Below are positions 49,269 to 59,026 of a stretch of DNA of 64,000 nt, in pieces. The notes beneath the pieces were generated by a model. That model was given only the letters and a program-made list of their open reading frames with translations. It was not told the origin of the DNA and did no database searches. The position numbers and the translations under genes were made by a program. The number at the start of each line of letters is the position of its first letter. Positions within the stretch are counted from its first letter, which is position 1. The stretch comes from Candidatus Omnitrophota bacterium (GTDB lineage Bacteria; Omnitrophota; Gorgyraeia; Gygaellales; Profunditerraquicolaceae), in NCBI GenBank assembly GCA_022710715.1, contig JAKLGJ010000003.1:25083-89082 (forward strand), read 5' to 3'.

Positions 49269-49922
49269 TTATTCCTTGCCAAAAACAGCCGCCGAAGCAG
49301 ATTTATTTTCACGCGAATTTAAATAGCCTATCCCACTGAATAGTTGAATCGCGCAGACCAAAACACACGAAATCGCTATGGTTATTATTGTTTGCCCAGC
49401 GACATATAAAATTACCGCTAATAATGCTGAATTTAGAATTCCCACAAGATACAGCCACCACGATTGAGAACTTAAAATATTGAAGAAAGGCGGCTTTGCG
49501 CAGTTGGTATACATTTTACTTTTGTTCTCAAAACCCAAAGGCTTGGCTGAAAGGAATAATCCCCGCTGTTCGTTGATATACCGCATACAAAAAACAAAAT
49601 AAACCCTATTCCTGACGATCAAAAAGAACATACAAAGACCGAATATAAAAGCAATAGTCAACCCAACAATCAACGCGGCTTTTATATCCAACCCCTTGTC
49701 GATGGAGTACTGATAAAGACCGATCGCGATACCAGCAATTGTCGTATAAAATGTTGCCAGAAATTTAAAAACATCCACTATCTGCGCATCGTAATATCTG
49801 ACTTGGTCAAAGCATTGATTGAAATCATTCTGCAAGAAATCGACGGCCGCTTTCTCCAGCTCCGTATTCTTATCATTGCTCATAACGCCTCCTCTAAATT
49901 TATCCGCGAAAACTTCATACAA
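49269..49922 (-). CDS. membrane protein (about 4 TM)
   Basis: Hydrophobic helices. Its start overlaps the hsdS stop. Confidence 0.45.
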   Translation of the reverse strand: MYEVFADKFRGGVMSNDKNTELEKAAVDFLQNDFNQCFDQVRYYDAQIVDVFKFLATFYTTIAGIAIGLYQYSIDKGLDIKAALIVGLTIAFIFGLCMFFLIVRNRVYFVFCMRYINEQRGLFLSAKPLGFENKSKMYTNCAKPPFFNILSSQSWWLYLVGILNSALLAVILYVAGQTIITIAISCVLVCAIQLFSGIGYLNSRENKSASAAVFGKE

Positions 49923-51252
49923 CCAGCTCCCCGCGGAAGGCTTTGGCTAAAATTGACTGCTCGAGCTTGTCCGTATAGCTTTTTGACTTGATATATCTCT
50001 CGACAAAACCATCAAGCGCACTGAAGCTCGATTTAACTTTACTAACGATCTGATCCTGCTCCGCTTTAGGCGCAAAAACAAAAGGCAATTCTCTGACTCG
50101 TTGACAATTAAGGGCCTGCGGGCCAGACCCACTGCCAAAACTTCTGTTATTTTCATATTGATAATGAAACCAATACCAAAGATATTCGGGATTTACCCGT
50201 CCATGGGCTATTTGAACGGCCGCAATGTTCTGATTTATTGCGGCCTCAATATTAAGAATTGCAGATTGCCCTCTAGTTTTTCCCTCACCTATCATCGCTA
50301 TCAAAACTGTACCCGTAGGAAATAATTTACTTGAGCAGTTATCCAATCCTTCCTGCGTTATCCTTTCGCGAGATGCGCTAATTTTATTATTTCGCACTTC
50401 TCCAGAACTTATCCATGGTATTGAACCATTCCAATATTTGGTAATTTTTCGCGATGGAGTGCTCCCGTTGTTTACAACCCCGATAAACCCGATACAACAC
50501 GCCACCCAAGAAGAAGGAAAATTGAACTGCTCTTCATAGCTCGCTAAAGAAATTTTAGTAATTTCCTCAAAGTTTTTCTTTTCGCGGTTTGTTATTTCTG
50601 ACTTTAGAATAAACTCTCTTATTAAAGCGAGGTCATCTTCAGCGTTTAACGTGTTGTTTTCTATCCTCCACGTCTTCGTCAGCTCACCGGAGAAAGCCGC
50701 GGCAAGGACAGATTGACGAAAACGACTCAAGATCACAGGAATTGTGTCGAGGCGGGATTGGGCGTCTTTGACTTTTGCCAGCAGACTATCGAGCTTGTCT
50801 GCAATGCTCTTTTGTTCTTCTTCATCGGAAGGAAACGAAATCTCGGCAGTCTTAAGGAAATTCTTGTTGATATGCTGAAGCCCTGTACCAGTACTGGTTT
50901 CAAGAATAAAGTTCTTGCTTCTCCGTATAAAATATTCAAGAAACTTGGTATTTAATCCATTTTTAGGCGACAAGACAGCCATTGTGGAGCCAACTGCGCC
51001 AGTCATTCCGCTGGCACATTTGCCTATACTTCCATCCCAAACCAGTAAAACATCCTCTTTTTTTGCTCTGGGTACTTTGGGATCATTGGTAAATGACCGA
51101 GCCGGTTTACCCTCTAATTCATCAATTAAAATATAAGGATCATATCCTTTCTTTTCATGGCTGATGACGGCGGCAGGTTTTTTCCCTTTACGAGAAGAAA
51201 CTACATCCTTTAATGGACTTGAAATCCATCCCTTGGGCAATTTATTCTCCAT
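49915..51252 (-). CDS. hsdS: type I restriction-modification specificity subunit
   Basis: MENKLPKGWISSPLKDVV is an HsdS TRD N-terminus. Two-TRD architecture with conserved central and C-terminal helices. Confidence 0.75.
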   Translation of the reverse strand: MENKLPKGWISSPLKDVVSSRKGKKPAAVISHEKKGYDPYILIDELEGKPARSFTNDPKVPRAKKEDVLLVWDGSIGKCASGMTGAVGSTMAVLSPKNGLNTKFLEYFIRRSKNFILETSTGTGLQHINKNFLKTAEISFPSDEEEQKSIADKLDSLLAKVKDAQSRLDTIPVILSRFRQSVLAAAFSGELTKTWRIENNTLNAEDDLALIREFILKSEITNREKKNFEEITKISLASYEEQFNFPSSWVACCIGFIGVVNNGSTPSRKITKYWNGSIPWISSGEVRNNKISASRERITQEGLDNCSSKLFPTGTVLIAMIGEGKTRGQSAILNIEAAINQNIAAVQIAHGRVNPEYLWYWFHYQYENNRSFGSGSGPQALNCQRVRELPFVFAPKAEQDQIVSKVKSSFSALDGFVERYIKSKSYTDKLEQSILAKAFRGELVV

Positions 51253-52648
51253 TACTCTCCAGCTCCGCTACGATTTCCTTGAGGCTATCAACAACCGTTT
51301 CAAGCTCTGTAATAGCTTCTGATGCCAAGACCTGCGGCTCCGGCAAGTCCTCCGGATCATCTAACGATTCATCCTTTAGCCATGTTATATCCAGTTTATA
51401 ACCTCGATCCTTAATCTCCTTAATATTGAACCGGTGAAAACGGCCATCAACGCCCGAATCTGTTCGCTTGCTTTGGCCGTTGGGATCCGTGCCATAGCAC
51501 TTCTCAAATTCTTTGAAATGTTCAGAGGTAAGCGGCCGGTCTTTTTTGGTAATCCCGGGCACATTGGAACGGCCGTCAAATATCCAGACATTCTCCGTAG
51601 GCAAGCCCTTCTGGAAGAAAATCACGTTCGCCTTGACTCCTTGGCTGTACGGCGTAAATGTTCCTCTGGGCAGGCGCAAAATCGTGTGCAAGTTGCAATC
51701 CTGCGTCAGGATCTCAATCACCTCTCCGGCCTTGTCTTCAAAAAGGCAGTTATCCGGCAAAACCATAGCCGCACGGCCTCCGGGTCGTAGCACATTCACG
51801 ACATGCTGAATAAAGTTGAGCTGTTTGTTGCTCGTTGAAATAGTAAAATCATCTCTCTCCGGAGCTTGATTCGCGCCCTTGGTACCAAACGGTGGATTCG
51901 TAAGAATGCAATCGTATCGTGTTCCTTTTAACGACTCATAAATTGAGTCGCCGAGGTAAATATCCGCGTGAATTCCGTGCAAGTATAAATTCATCAAAGC
52001 AAGGCGGCGCGGCCGGGCAACAAGCTCTGTGCCAGTATAAACTTTCGTTGTGATGCGCTTGGCATCATCCCGCTCAAGACTACCCTTGGTTTGCTCCATC
52101 AACCACTCGTAAGCGCAAACCAAAAAACCCCCGGTGCCTGCCGCGGGGTCATGAATAATAAAATCCTTGGACTTGCGAGGATCCGGCTTCATGCATGTGA
52201 CGATTGACTGAATAAGAACGCGCGGGGTGAAATACTGACCGGCCCCCTTCTTGCCTTCTGATGCGGACTTCTCAAGCAATCCTTCATAAGCGGCCGCTTT
52301 GACATCCACATTCAAACTTGTCCATTCGATCTCATCGATCAGGTTGATAAGCTTCTTTAAGTTGACCGGATTCGCAAATTTCGAGATCGCTCCGGCATAA
52401 ATATCCCCAAGCGTGCCTTTTTGTTTGCCGAGGCCGCGTAAAGCATCCACATAAAAATCAGTTAAATCTGTTCCGGACTTCTCGCGCAAGACTGGCCATG
52501 AATATTCCTTAGGAATATCCGCGCCTTTCTCCTCCGCCATTTTTAAGAACAGCAAATACGTCAGCTGTTCGATATAATCCCCGTAATCCACACCGTCATG
52601 GCGTAGCGTGTGACAAAATCCCCATAATTTTCCGACTACATCGCTCAT
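51242..52648 (-). CDS. hsdM: type I restriction-modification N6-adenine DNA methyltransferase subunit
   Basis: HsdM N-terminal domain, AdoMet motif DPAAGTGGFL, catalytic LTNPPFG. Confidence 0.85.
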   Translation of the reverse strand: MSDVVGKLWGFCHTLRHDGVDYGDYIEQLTYLLFLKMAEEKGADIPKEYSWPVLREKSGTDLTDFYVDALRGLGKQKGTLGDIYAGAISKFANPVNLKKLINLIDEIEWTSLNVDVKAAAYEGLLEKSASEGKKGAGQYFTPRVLIQSIVTCMKPDPRKSKDFIIHDPAAGTGGFLVCAYEWLMEQTKGSLERDDAKRITTKVYTGTELVARPRRLALMNLYLHGIHADIYLGDSIYESLKGTRYDCILTNPPFGTKGANQAPERDDFTISTSNKQLNFIQHVVNVLRPGGRAAMVLPDNCLFEDKAGEVIEILTQDCNLHTILRLPRGTFTPYSQGVKANVIFFQKGLPTENVWIFDGRSNVPGITKKDRPLTSEHFKEFEKCYGTDPNGQSKRTDSGVDGRFHRFNIKEIKDRGYKLDITWLKDESLDDPEDLPEPQVLASEAITELETVVDSLKEIVAELESNGE

Positions 52649-55335
52649 GTAAGCACCGCCTCATTTATCTCTTTTAAGAGTTCATCCAATTTGCCGTCAA
52701 AAAGACGGTTGAGTTTTGAATAATTCATTCCCTGTCTTGTAAAAATGGGCAAAGTATCGATATCATCCTTCTCGATGAGCAAATTAGTCACCAAGTGATA
52801 GCGAATATGCTCAAGCCACGCGCCTTGCGCTTCTGAAAATTGATGCTTGGCTTTTATCTTCGACAAAGCCCGATCAACACGGCTTTCAACGGTTAGAAGC
52901 TCGTCATTTTTAGCCGCATGCCTGATAATAGAAACGATATCGGCGAGCTCCTTGTTATATGCCCGGCGAAGGTTGCGCTCGTTAAACTTATCAACCAGAT
53001 TATCCGGTCTGGTAGCCAGCTTCTCGCGTAACGCTTTAAGCTCATCCGTATGGAATTCTTTTGGCTTATTGAGCAGAATATCTATGGCGTCGATGTGTTC
53101 GGGATTCTTCCGGACAAACTCCTCAAACATCGCCAGATAATCGGCGGGCTTAAGTTCTTTACCGTCAGCCGCCCTGAATGTGACCTCTGAAGTGACAAGA
53201 TCCTCTGCAGTTTCCGCGATGACAAATTCTCGCTTGGGCCTCTGGTAATTTTCGCAGATATGAAGAAACGCTTCGCCCTGAAGAATCTTGATCGTCCCTG
53301 CCCAATTCTTGGAGAGTTTATCCTCCAGAGTCATGGCAAAATCAGCGATGTCTTCACCGATGATATAGTTGAATTCGTTCCTGCTCTCTTGCGTAATGTT
53401 CTTTGAAATACGCTGGAGCCGCTTGGATAAAACCTTGATGTTATACGCCCGGTTTTGATTATCGGCGATCGCCTGCACGATTTCGCGGATGGTTTTTGAG
53501 GGCTTAACCGGAGCTTCAGCAGTGATGCTGGTTGTCTTCTTAAAATACTCAAGCAACGTACCGCCAAAGCAATCAAAAACGGTGAAATGGGTTTTATTGA
53601 TCTCCGGGCATAGACGGGTGCCGCGGCCCATCATCTGCTCAAAGAGGATTCTTGATTTTACGGGACGCAAAAAAACAATATTTTCTATCTTCGGCACATC
53701 AACGCCGGTCGAAAGCATATCAACAGTCACAACAATGCCGGGATTCTGTCTGTTTCTAAACTCCCTGATGCGCTGAAGTGGCCTGTCAACTGTTGGACTG
53801 CCGGTTATCTTCTGAACAAATGAATCGCCACGGTTAAATTCATCCCGTAATATCTCAATCAATTGGTCGCAATGTGACGTATGCGGTAAATCATTGTCCG
53901 CGAAAATTAAGGTTTTGGGGAAATGCCCGATAGATGCTTCTTGAGCCAACAGGTATTTTTTGAGCTCCTGTACGATCTTTTTATTTCTGTCGGGCGCCGT
54001 CCACTCTGCCTCGTTACTTTCAGGCGCAAGGACACGCTCATCCTCGAGCACATCGAAAACCAACTGGCCGGTCTTAGTGTCTTTTAGCCCGACCTCTTCG
54101 CCTTCCTTTAAGAAGGCCCCGTTGAATGTAATATCGGATTTGATCGCAACCGCATCATAATCAACCAAGAAGCCTTCCTTTACAGCGCGTTCATATTCGT
54201 AGCGGAAAACAACTTCCTTGAAGAAGGCGGTTGTATGCGCCGCGGGCGTAGCAGTTAACCCAATCCTAATGCCATCGAAATGCTTCAAAGCTTCGCGCCA
54301 TTTGCTTTCTTCCTGCGCGGTATAGCCACGATGGCACTCATCGGCTATCACCACATCAAAAGCATGAATCGGGATATCCAGCTTTTCATCCGCGTCAGAT
54401 TCATCATCTAAATCGCCGGTTGATTGCCCAAACATACCGTCTTTACCGAAAAGATTAATGCCCATGCGCTGAATGGTACAGACATATACAAAGCTATCTC
54501 GACTTTTCGGATCTACCAGATACTCGGTAGGTAAAACTTTGGGATCATATTTGAGATCCTCATCCAGATCCTCGCGTCTGAAACGTTGGCTGTAAACCTC
54601 ATAACATTTGTCAAACTTGAGTCCCGGCTCTGCCTCAAAGCTCGCAAGCGCGGTCACCGCCTGAGCCGCCAGCGCGCGCCTATCCACAAGGAACAAAATG
54701 CGCTTAGCCAGTTTTGACTTCATCAGCCGGTATATCAGATTAATAATCGTGAATGTCTTGCCTGTGCCAGTTGCCATGGCAACAAGCATGTTGCGTTTTC
54801 GGTCAGCAATAGCCTGTTCAATCGCTGAAATGGCTTCAATCTGATATGGCCGCAAAAAGCGATTGTCTATTGCGTTGCTCTTGAGCCACGCTTTTGCGGC
54901 ATCTTCGTCCCTTGAAAGTAATTCCTCTAAAGCATTAGGCGTGTGAATCGCAGTAATCTCGCGGGAGCGGTTCAACGGATGGCGCAAATCCTGAAACCAA
55001 ATGATCTTGCCATTCGTGGAATAGATAAACGGAAGATGATACTCGCCAAATGTAAAAGGACTATTTTGAAATCCCCGGGCATATCGCTGTGCCTGTTGAA
55101 GCACATTTTGAGGCCCAACCGAAACTTTTTTCCCTTCGACCGCCGCCAAAGGACGCTTGTCATGAAAGAGAGCATAATCACAAGGGCCTGTTTGCGTAGG
55201 ATATTCCTCGACAGAGCCATGCCCATAATGCTTGCCTTCTTCAAAAGGAACGATCGGCCCCCACTTTGAATTGAGCAGGAGCTTGTCGATATATTGTTTT
55301 CTTGTTCTATGTTCGTTCCAATTTTGTTCAGACAT
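52645..55335 (-). CDS. hsdR: type I restriction endonuclease R subunit
   Basis: HsdR N-terminal nuclease domain. Helicase motifs LVAMATGTGKT and IADECHRG. 896 aa. Confidence 0.85.
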   Translation of the reverse strand: MSEQNWNEHRTRKQYIDKLLLNSKWGPIVPFEEGKHYGHGSVEEYPTQTGPCDYALFHDKRPLAAVEGKKVSVGPQNVLQQAQRYARGFQNSPFTFGEYHLPFIYSTNGKIIWFQDLRHPLNRSREITAIHTPNALEELLSRDEDAAKAWLKSNAIDNRFLRPYQIEAISAIEQAIADRKRNMLVAMATGTGKTFTIINLIYRLMKSKLAKRILFLVDRRALAAQAVTALASFEAEPGLKFDKCYEVYSQRFRREDLDEDLKYDPKVLPTEYLVDPKSRDSFVYVCTIQRMGINLFGKDGMFGQSTGDLDDESDADEKLDIPIHAFDVVIADECHRGYTAQEESKWREALKHFDGIRIGLTATPAAHTTAFFKEVVFRYEYERAVKEGFLVDYDAVAIKSDITFNGAFLKEGEEVGLKDTKTGQLVFDVLEDERVLAPESNEAEWTAPDRNKKIVQELKKYLLAQEASIGHFPKTLIFADNDLPHTSHCDQLIEILRDEFNRGDSFVQKITGSPTVDRPLQRIREFRNRQNPGIVVTVDMLSTGVDVPKIENIVFLRPVKSRILFEQMMGRGTRLCPEINKTHFTVFDCFGGTLLEYFKKTTSITAEAPVKPSKTIREIVQAIADNQNRAYNIKVLSKRLQRISKNITQESRNEFNYIIGEDIADFAMTLEDKLSKNWAGTIKILQGEAFLHICENYQRPKREFVIAETAEDLVTSEVTFRAADGKELKPADYLAMFEEFVRKNPEHIDAIDILLNKPKEFHTDELKALREKLATRPDNLVDKFNERNLRRAYNKELADIVSIIRHAAKNDELLTVESRVDRALSKIKAKHQFSEAQGAWLEHIRYHLVTNLLIEKDDIDTLPIFTRQGMNYSKLNRLFDGKLDELLKEINEAVLT

Positions 55336-55343
55336 ACTTTCCC

Positions 55344-56054
55344 TTATTTGTAAGCGACCAGCTCGCCGCTATCAGCGAAGCTGTGATACTGGTTATCCCC
55401 TATAATTAAGTGATCGAGCACTTTGACCTGCATCACATTGCCTGCCTGACAAAGCTCCCTTGTAAAATCTCTGTCTTCCTTGCTGGGTTTCGGATCCCCG
55501 GAGGGGTGATTATGCAGGCAGATGATTGACACAGCGAACTTCTGCAGAGCGCAGTGAATAATCTCTCTAACTATCGGCATCGCACGGTTAACTGTTCCGG
55601 ACGCCGTATCTGTGATGTCTATAATCCGATTGTTTGAATCGAGACAGACGACCTTGAAGACCTCTGTTTTGAGGTCGCGAAGCTGTGGCATGACGATATC
55701 CACAACATCCTTGGCAGAGGCGATCTTCTGCTTCCCGGTGGACACATCATCCTGTCGATAGCGCCGCCCGATTTCAAGCGCGGCCTGAATATGGGCGATC
55801 TTGGCCCCGCCTAAGCCCTTGAACTCCTTCCAGTCCCGGGCGTCGGTGTGAGCCATGTTGCGAAATGTACTGAATTTCTTGAGTATCTTGCGGGCGAGGT
55901 CAATGGCGCTGGTGCCAGCGGTGCCGGTACGAAGAAGAATGGCCAGAAGCTCTGAATTACTCAAAGCCCCCGCACCCTTTTTGAGGAGTTTTTCTCTCGG
56001 CCTGTCATCCTCCGGCCAAGACTTTATGCCTGATATTTTTCTTTCCTTCACCAT
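55344..56054 (-). CDS. RadC-like JAB/MPN domain protein
   Basis: WPEDDRPREKLLKKG HhH N-terminus and the JAMM motif HNHPSGDPKPSKED. Start set at the internal Met with a purine-rich SD. Confidence 0.7.
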   Translation of the reverse strand: MVKERKISGIKSWPEDDRPREKLLKKGAGALSNSELLAILLRTGTAGTSAIDLARKILKKFSTFRNMAHTDARDWKEFKGLGGAKIAHIQAALEIGRRYRQDDVSTGKQKIASAKDVVDIVMPQLRDLKTEVFKVVCLDSNNRIIDITDTASGTVNRAMPIVREIIHCALQKFAVSIICLHNHPSGDPKPSKEDRDFTRELCQAGNVMQVKVLDHLIIGDNQYHSFADSGELVAYK

Positions 56055-56110
56055 TCTTCTCTTCTCTGTTCTTCTCTTGAAGATTCCGCACACACTGTGT
56101 GCAGAATTTT

Positions 56111-56824
56111 TTATAACTGATTCGGCAATCCACCGTATAAATCCTTTGATAACTCCGATTGCCAGTATTCTTTTGTATCAACATCCATAATCGTCAGCTT
56201 GCCCGACCATCCTGCGCCGGTGTCCAAATCCCACACATTGCAAACATGAATCGGCTCAAGCGTTCTATAAAGCTCTGTTGTCGTATGTCCGATAAAAATG
56301 TCGTCATATTTTGTGATCTGGGCTTCCCGTCTATAATTAGCCGCCTCCCAAGCGTCTTTGAGTAAATCCCTGTCCCACACAAGTACCTGAGCGCTATTTT
56401 GTTCCAATGGCAAATCCGGCACAAAACCAGCGTGGACAAAAAGCTTATTCCCGACCTCCAACCAAAGATGTCCGCTTTTTAGGAAGTCGATATGCGTCTG
56501 CGGCATAGGCCCGCTGTTATACGAAGCCATGGTCCGGTCACCGCCTTGCTTCGTCCATATCTCCGGCTTGTCGCCTCTTAAGGCCCAGTCCAGCGCCCAC
56601 TGATCATGGTTGCCAATGATCAGATCGCAATACTTGATCTTTAATAACTCATCGATGCACTGCCTGACATCCGGATACCCATCGCAAACATCGCCCATCA
56701 CGATCAGGCGGTCTTTCTTATAATCGAACTTTGAGCGCTCAAAGCACTGCATCATCGCCTTGTAGGCGCCGTGGATGTCACCGATGGCATAGGTCTTCAT
56801 TCCCATCCCTTCGGAGATGTCCAT
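56111..56824 (-). CDS. PPP-family metallophosphoesterase (Ser/Thr phosphatase / ApaH-like)
   Basis: GDIHG ... GDVCDGY ... GNHD phosphoesterase motifs. Confidence 0.7.
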   Translation of the reverse strand: MDISEGMGMKTYAIGDIHGAYKAMMQCFERSKFDYKKDRLIVMGDVCDGYPDVRQCIDELLKIKYCDLIIGNHDQWALDWALRGDKPEIWTKQGGDRTMASYNSGPMPQTHIDFLKSGHLWLEVGNKLFVHAGFVPDLPLEQNSAQVLVWDRDLLKDAWEAANYRREAQITKYDDIFIGHTTTELYRTLEPIHVCNVWDLDTGAGWSGKLTIMDVDTKEYWQSELSKDLYGGLPNQL

Positions 56825-57711
56825 GTCTTATCAAACGCGACATTCTCACTAATCGCTATAACGGGCTCGATAAGGAAACGCTCTATTTCTTTGGCTGTAG
56901 CCGATAATGTTTCCGGCGCGTGTTGGATATCTCCCTTTTTCACAAAAGCGTTCCAGAGCGTCTGCCTGTCGGATTTCTCATCGTAAATCTCATCAGCAAA
57001 CAAAGGTTTATCATTAGGGATATCCGTCTTTCGATTGTTAAAGGTTTTCTTTATCGCGCTGGCGATACTTGCCCCCTTAAATTCAAATTGCCTCGTCATA
57101 AGCCAGATATCATAAAAGTCTTTCATTCTACTATTCAACAACCCGAGCTTGATCATGGCTTCAAATTTTTCACTGATCACGCTCTCTTGAGGGTATCCGT
57201 TTAAGTGCGGTTTTGGAAAATCCAAAATTACCGGATAATCAATGACCTTGGTTTTTGGATACACGATATCGCCAAAACCCACGTCAATCTGCATTGGGAT
57301 TTCCGCACGATCTAAAAAGCCTGTGAATTTCACGCGCACCCCTTCATAGTCCGCGTCTTCCTTAATCTTCACCCCTTTGACTGTTTGGGAATCAAACTTA
57401 AGCCCATCAGGATCCACGCTTGTTTCGCACACGTCTTTCATCACTTTTTCGATGGTTGCAACCTCGTTATCAAAACGGGCTAAGAAATCAATATCAAGAG
57501 TTGTGCGCCTGTCAGGTATCTGCCATACAGCGAACAAAAGCGCGCCCTTCAGGATAAATTTATCAGCATATTTTGATTTGCTGAACCGGTAGAGAAATCT
57601 TTCCATGCCGTAATACTGCATTACTTCCGCGAAAGGTCGATTTGTTTCCTGCGCTTTATTTTTAAGCCGAGCCTTGATTGAGGCTTCGATATTTTTTAAT
57701 TCTTTTTTCAT
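56797..57711 (-). CDS. nucleotidyltransferase AbiEii/AbiGii toxin family (type IV TA / abortive infection)
   Basis: FILKGALLFAVWQ...TTLDIDFLARF resembles the DUF1814 GG..L...DID signature. Overlaps the abiEi stop by 4 bp. Confidence 0.65.
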   Translation of the reverse strand: MKKELKNIEASIKARLKNKAQETNRPFAEVMQYYGMERFLYRFSKSKYADKFILKGALLFAVWQIPDRRTTLDIDFLARFDNEVATIEKVMKDVCETSVDPDGLKFDSQTVKGVKIKEDADYEGVRVKFTGFLDRAEIPMQIDVGFGDIVYPKTKVIDYPVILDFPKPHLNGYPQESVISEKFEAMIKLGLLNSRMKDFYDIWLMTRQFEFKGASIASAIKKTFNNRKTDIPNDKPLFADEIYDEKSDRQTLWNAFVKKGDIQHAPETLSATAKEIERFLIEPVIAISENVAFDKTWTSPKGWE

Positions 57712-58310
57712 AACATGGTCTCAAGTATAGGTTTAATAATTCTGTCAACGCGGCAAATTTTAGCATACTCCATAATATCCTTAGGTTTGACATGTTTCTC
57801 GGAAACAGCTATCTTAAGCGCTTCTCGGGCCACATTTGTTCCAATTCGGTTGCGAAACTTGAAACAATCGGCCACGGTCTTCGCAAGACTGTAAATCTTA
57901 ACTGGGTGCCCTTCAATCTCGTGTTTCTCCACGCCCGCCTTCCATGTGTCGGGTGAAAAGCTATAGAATTTTACAGGGGGATATTTTATTCTGTTCGCGC
58001 GTGATCCTGTGGGAATAGCTATATCCACAAACCGAGGTATTTCATTGGTCGCCCTATGGAAATATAGCGCGGATACGAGACAAATCACGCCCTTTGAGGT
58101 TTGAAGCGATGCGATGACATAATCTGGGTGAGATCCGATAGTATCCCCCACGAGCCTATACAGCCCCTTTCCTATTTTCTCAATCTTCTTTTCTTTTTCA
58201 TTTTTCTTGATTACATCGGGATGAAATCCAGCTTTTCGAATTGAAGAAAAGCGGGCCACTCCCCCATGTATCTTGAAATATTCAATTATTGTGTCTGTCT
58301 TTTCTCTCAT
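57708..58310 (-). CDS. AbiEi-family antitoxin / transcriptional regulator
   Basis: 200 aa with an N-terminal wHTH (IIEYFKIHGGVARFSSIRKAGFHPDVIKK), immediately upstream of the AbiEii gene. Confidence 0.6.
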   Translation of the reverse strand: MREKTDTIIEYFKIHGGVARFSSIRKAGFHPDVIKKNEKEKKIEKIGKGLYRLVGDTIGSHPDYVIASLQTSKGVICLVSALYFHRATNEIPRFVDIAIPTGSRANRIKYPPVKFYSFSPDTWKAGVEKHEIEGHPVKIYSLAKTVADCFKFRNRIGTNVAREALKIAVSEKHVKPKDIMEYAKICRVDRIIKPILETML

Positions 58311-58535
58311 TATGCCTCCGTACTTTATGTCAGCAGATGTGCATAAGTATATACATTTAGTCCGCTATTGTCAATGATTTTCTCAAGCCTTAAAAACATT
58401 ATCTAACTATGGATGTGGAATTTGCCGCGCCGATTGGCAAGGAATAAATTGGAGTTGCGAGCCTACCCCTCCCACATCAATAATATGCCATAACATGATT
58501 TAATGCAGATAGTTACAGATAATTTTTGAAGGCTA

Positions 58536-58965
58536 TTTTGTCACAAATACTATATACTTTTTGTGACAAGATCTTGAGGCTTAATGTTCACTGTTTAGTG
58601 AACATTAGGGCCTGAGTGAACATTAACGCTGGGCAGGTTTATTACATTTCTTGTAACATTCGCGCAGATTAAATGTCCACCGGGCTGAAATGTCTACTAT
58701 TTACGAGACATTTCGATTTAGTGGACATTTACGTGTCCATCCATGTCCATCAAAATGCCCTTTTTGGACCCTCCCGGACGCCCGCAGGATACCCCTAAAA
58801 CCGCCCATTTTCCGACGCTGGGCGCTTATTTAGGCCGGGTTAACCACTTATGCCCAAACCCTAAAAGTGATGGACATGGACATCGATTTTTTTGACCACT
58901 ATCACTGGCTCCTTGCGCCTCGCCCGACCCTCACCCAAACCCCCCTCCAAGGACCCGGAACCGCC
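58536..58965. promoter_or_regulatory. regulatory region B: operator-like palindromes plus diverged copy of repeat A
   Basis: TTGTCACAAA-N12-TTTGTGACAA at 58538-58569. AATGTTCACT-GTTT-AGTGAACATT at 58582-58605. GGACATTTACGTGTCC at about 58725. Then the roughly 200-bp homologue of 39540-39745. Confidence 0.5.
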
Positions 58966-59026
58966 TCCAAACATAAAAAAACCCTATGACCTCGCTTTTT
59001 AAAACGACCATAGGGATGAGTTGTTA

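Larger units (their letters stand above)
37330..58310. mobile_element. integrated mobile element / defence island
   Basis: Serine integrase and Xis at the left edge, overlapping miaB. Replication module of prim-pol/P4-type primase-helicase plus iterons. AT-rich cargo with AbiE, type I RM and novel genes. The left junction is at about 37.33-37.43 kb. The right end is undetermined and may lie beyond 58.3 kb. Confidence 0.5.

Noticed and set aside
39480-58965. The two 250-bp repeats as the attL/attR ends of the element
   Set aside because: The integrase is a serine recombinase, which does not generate long direct repeats. The integrase gene and the miaB junction lie outside the left repeat. The repeats are therefore treated as internal regulatory duplications, though recombination between them cannot be excluded.
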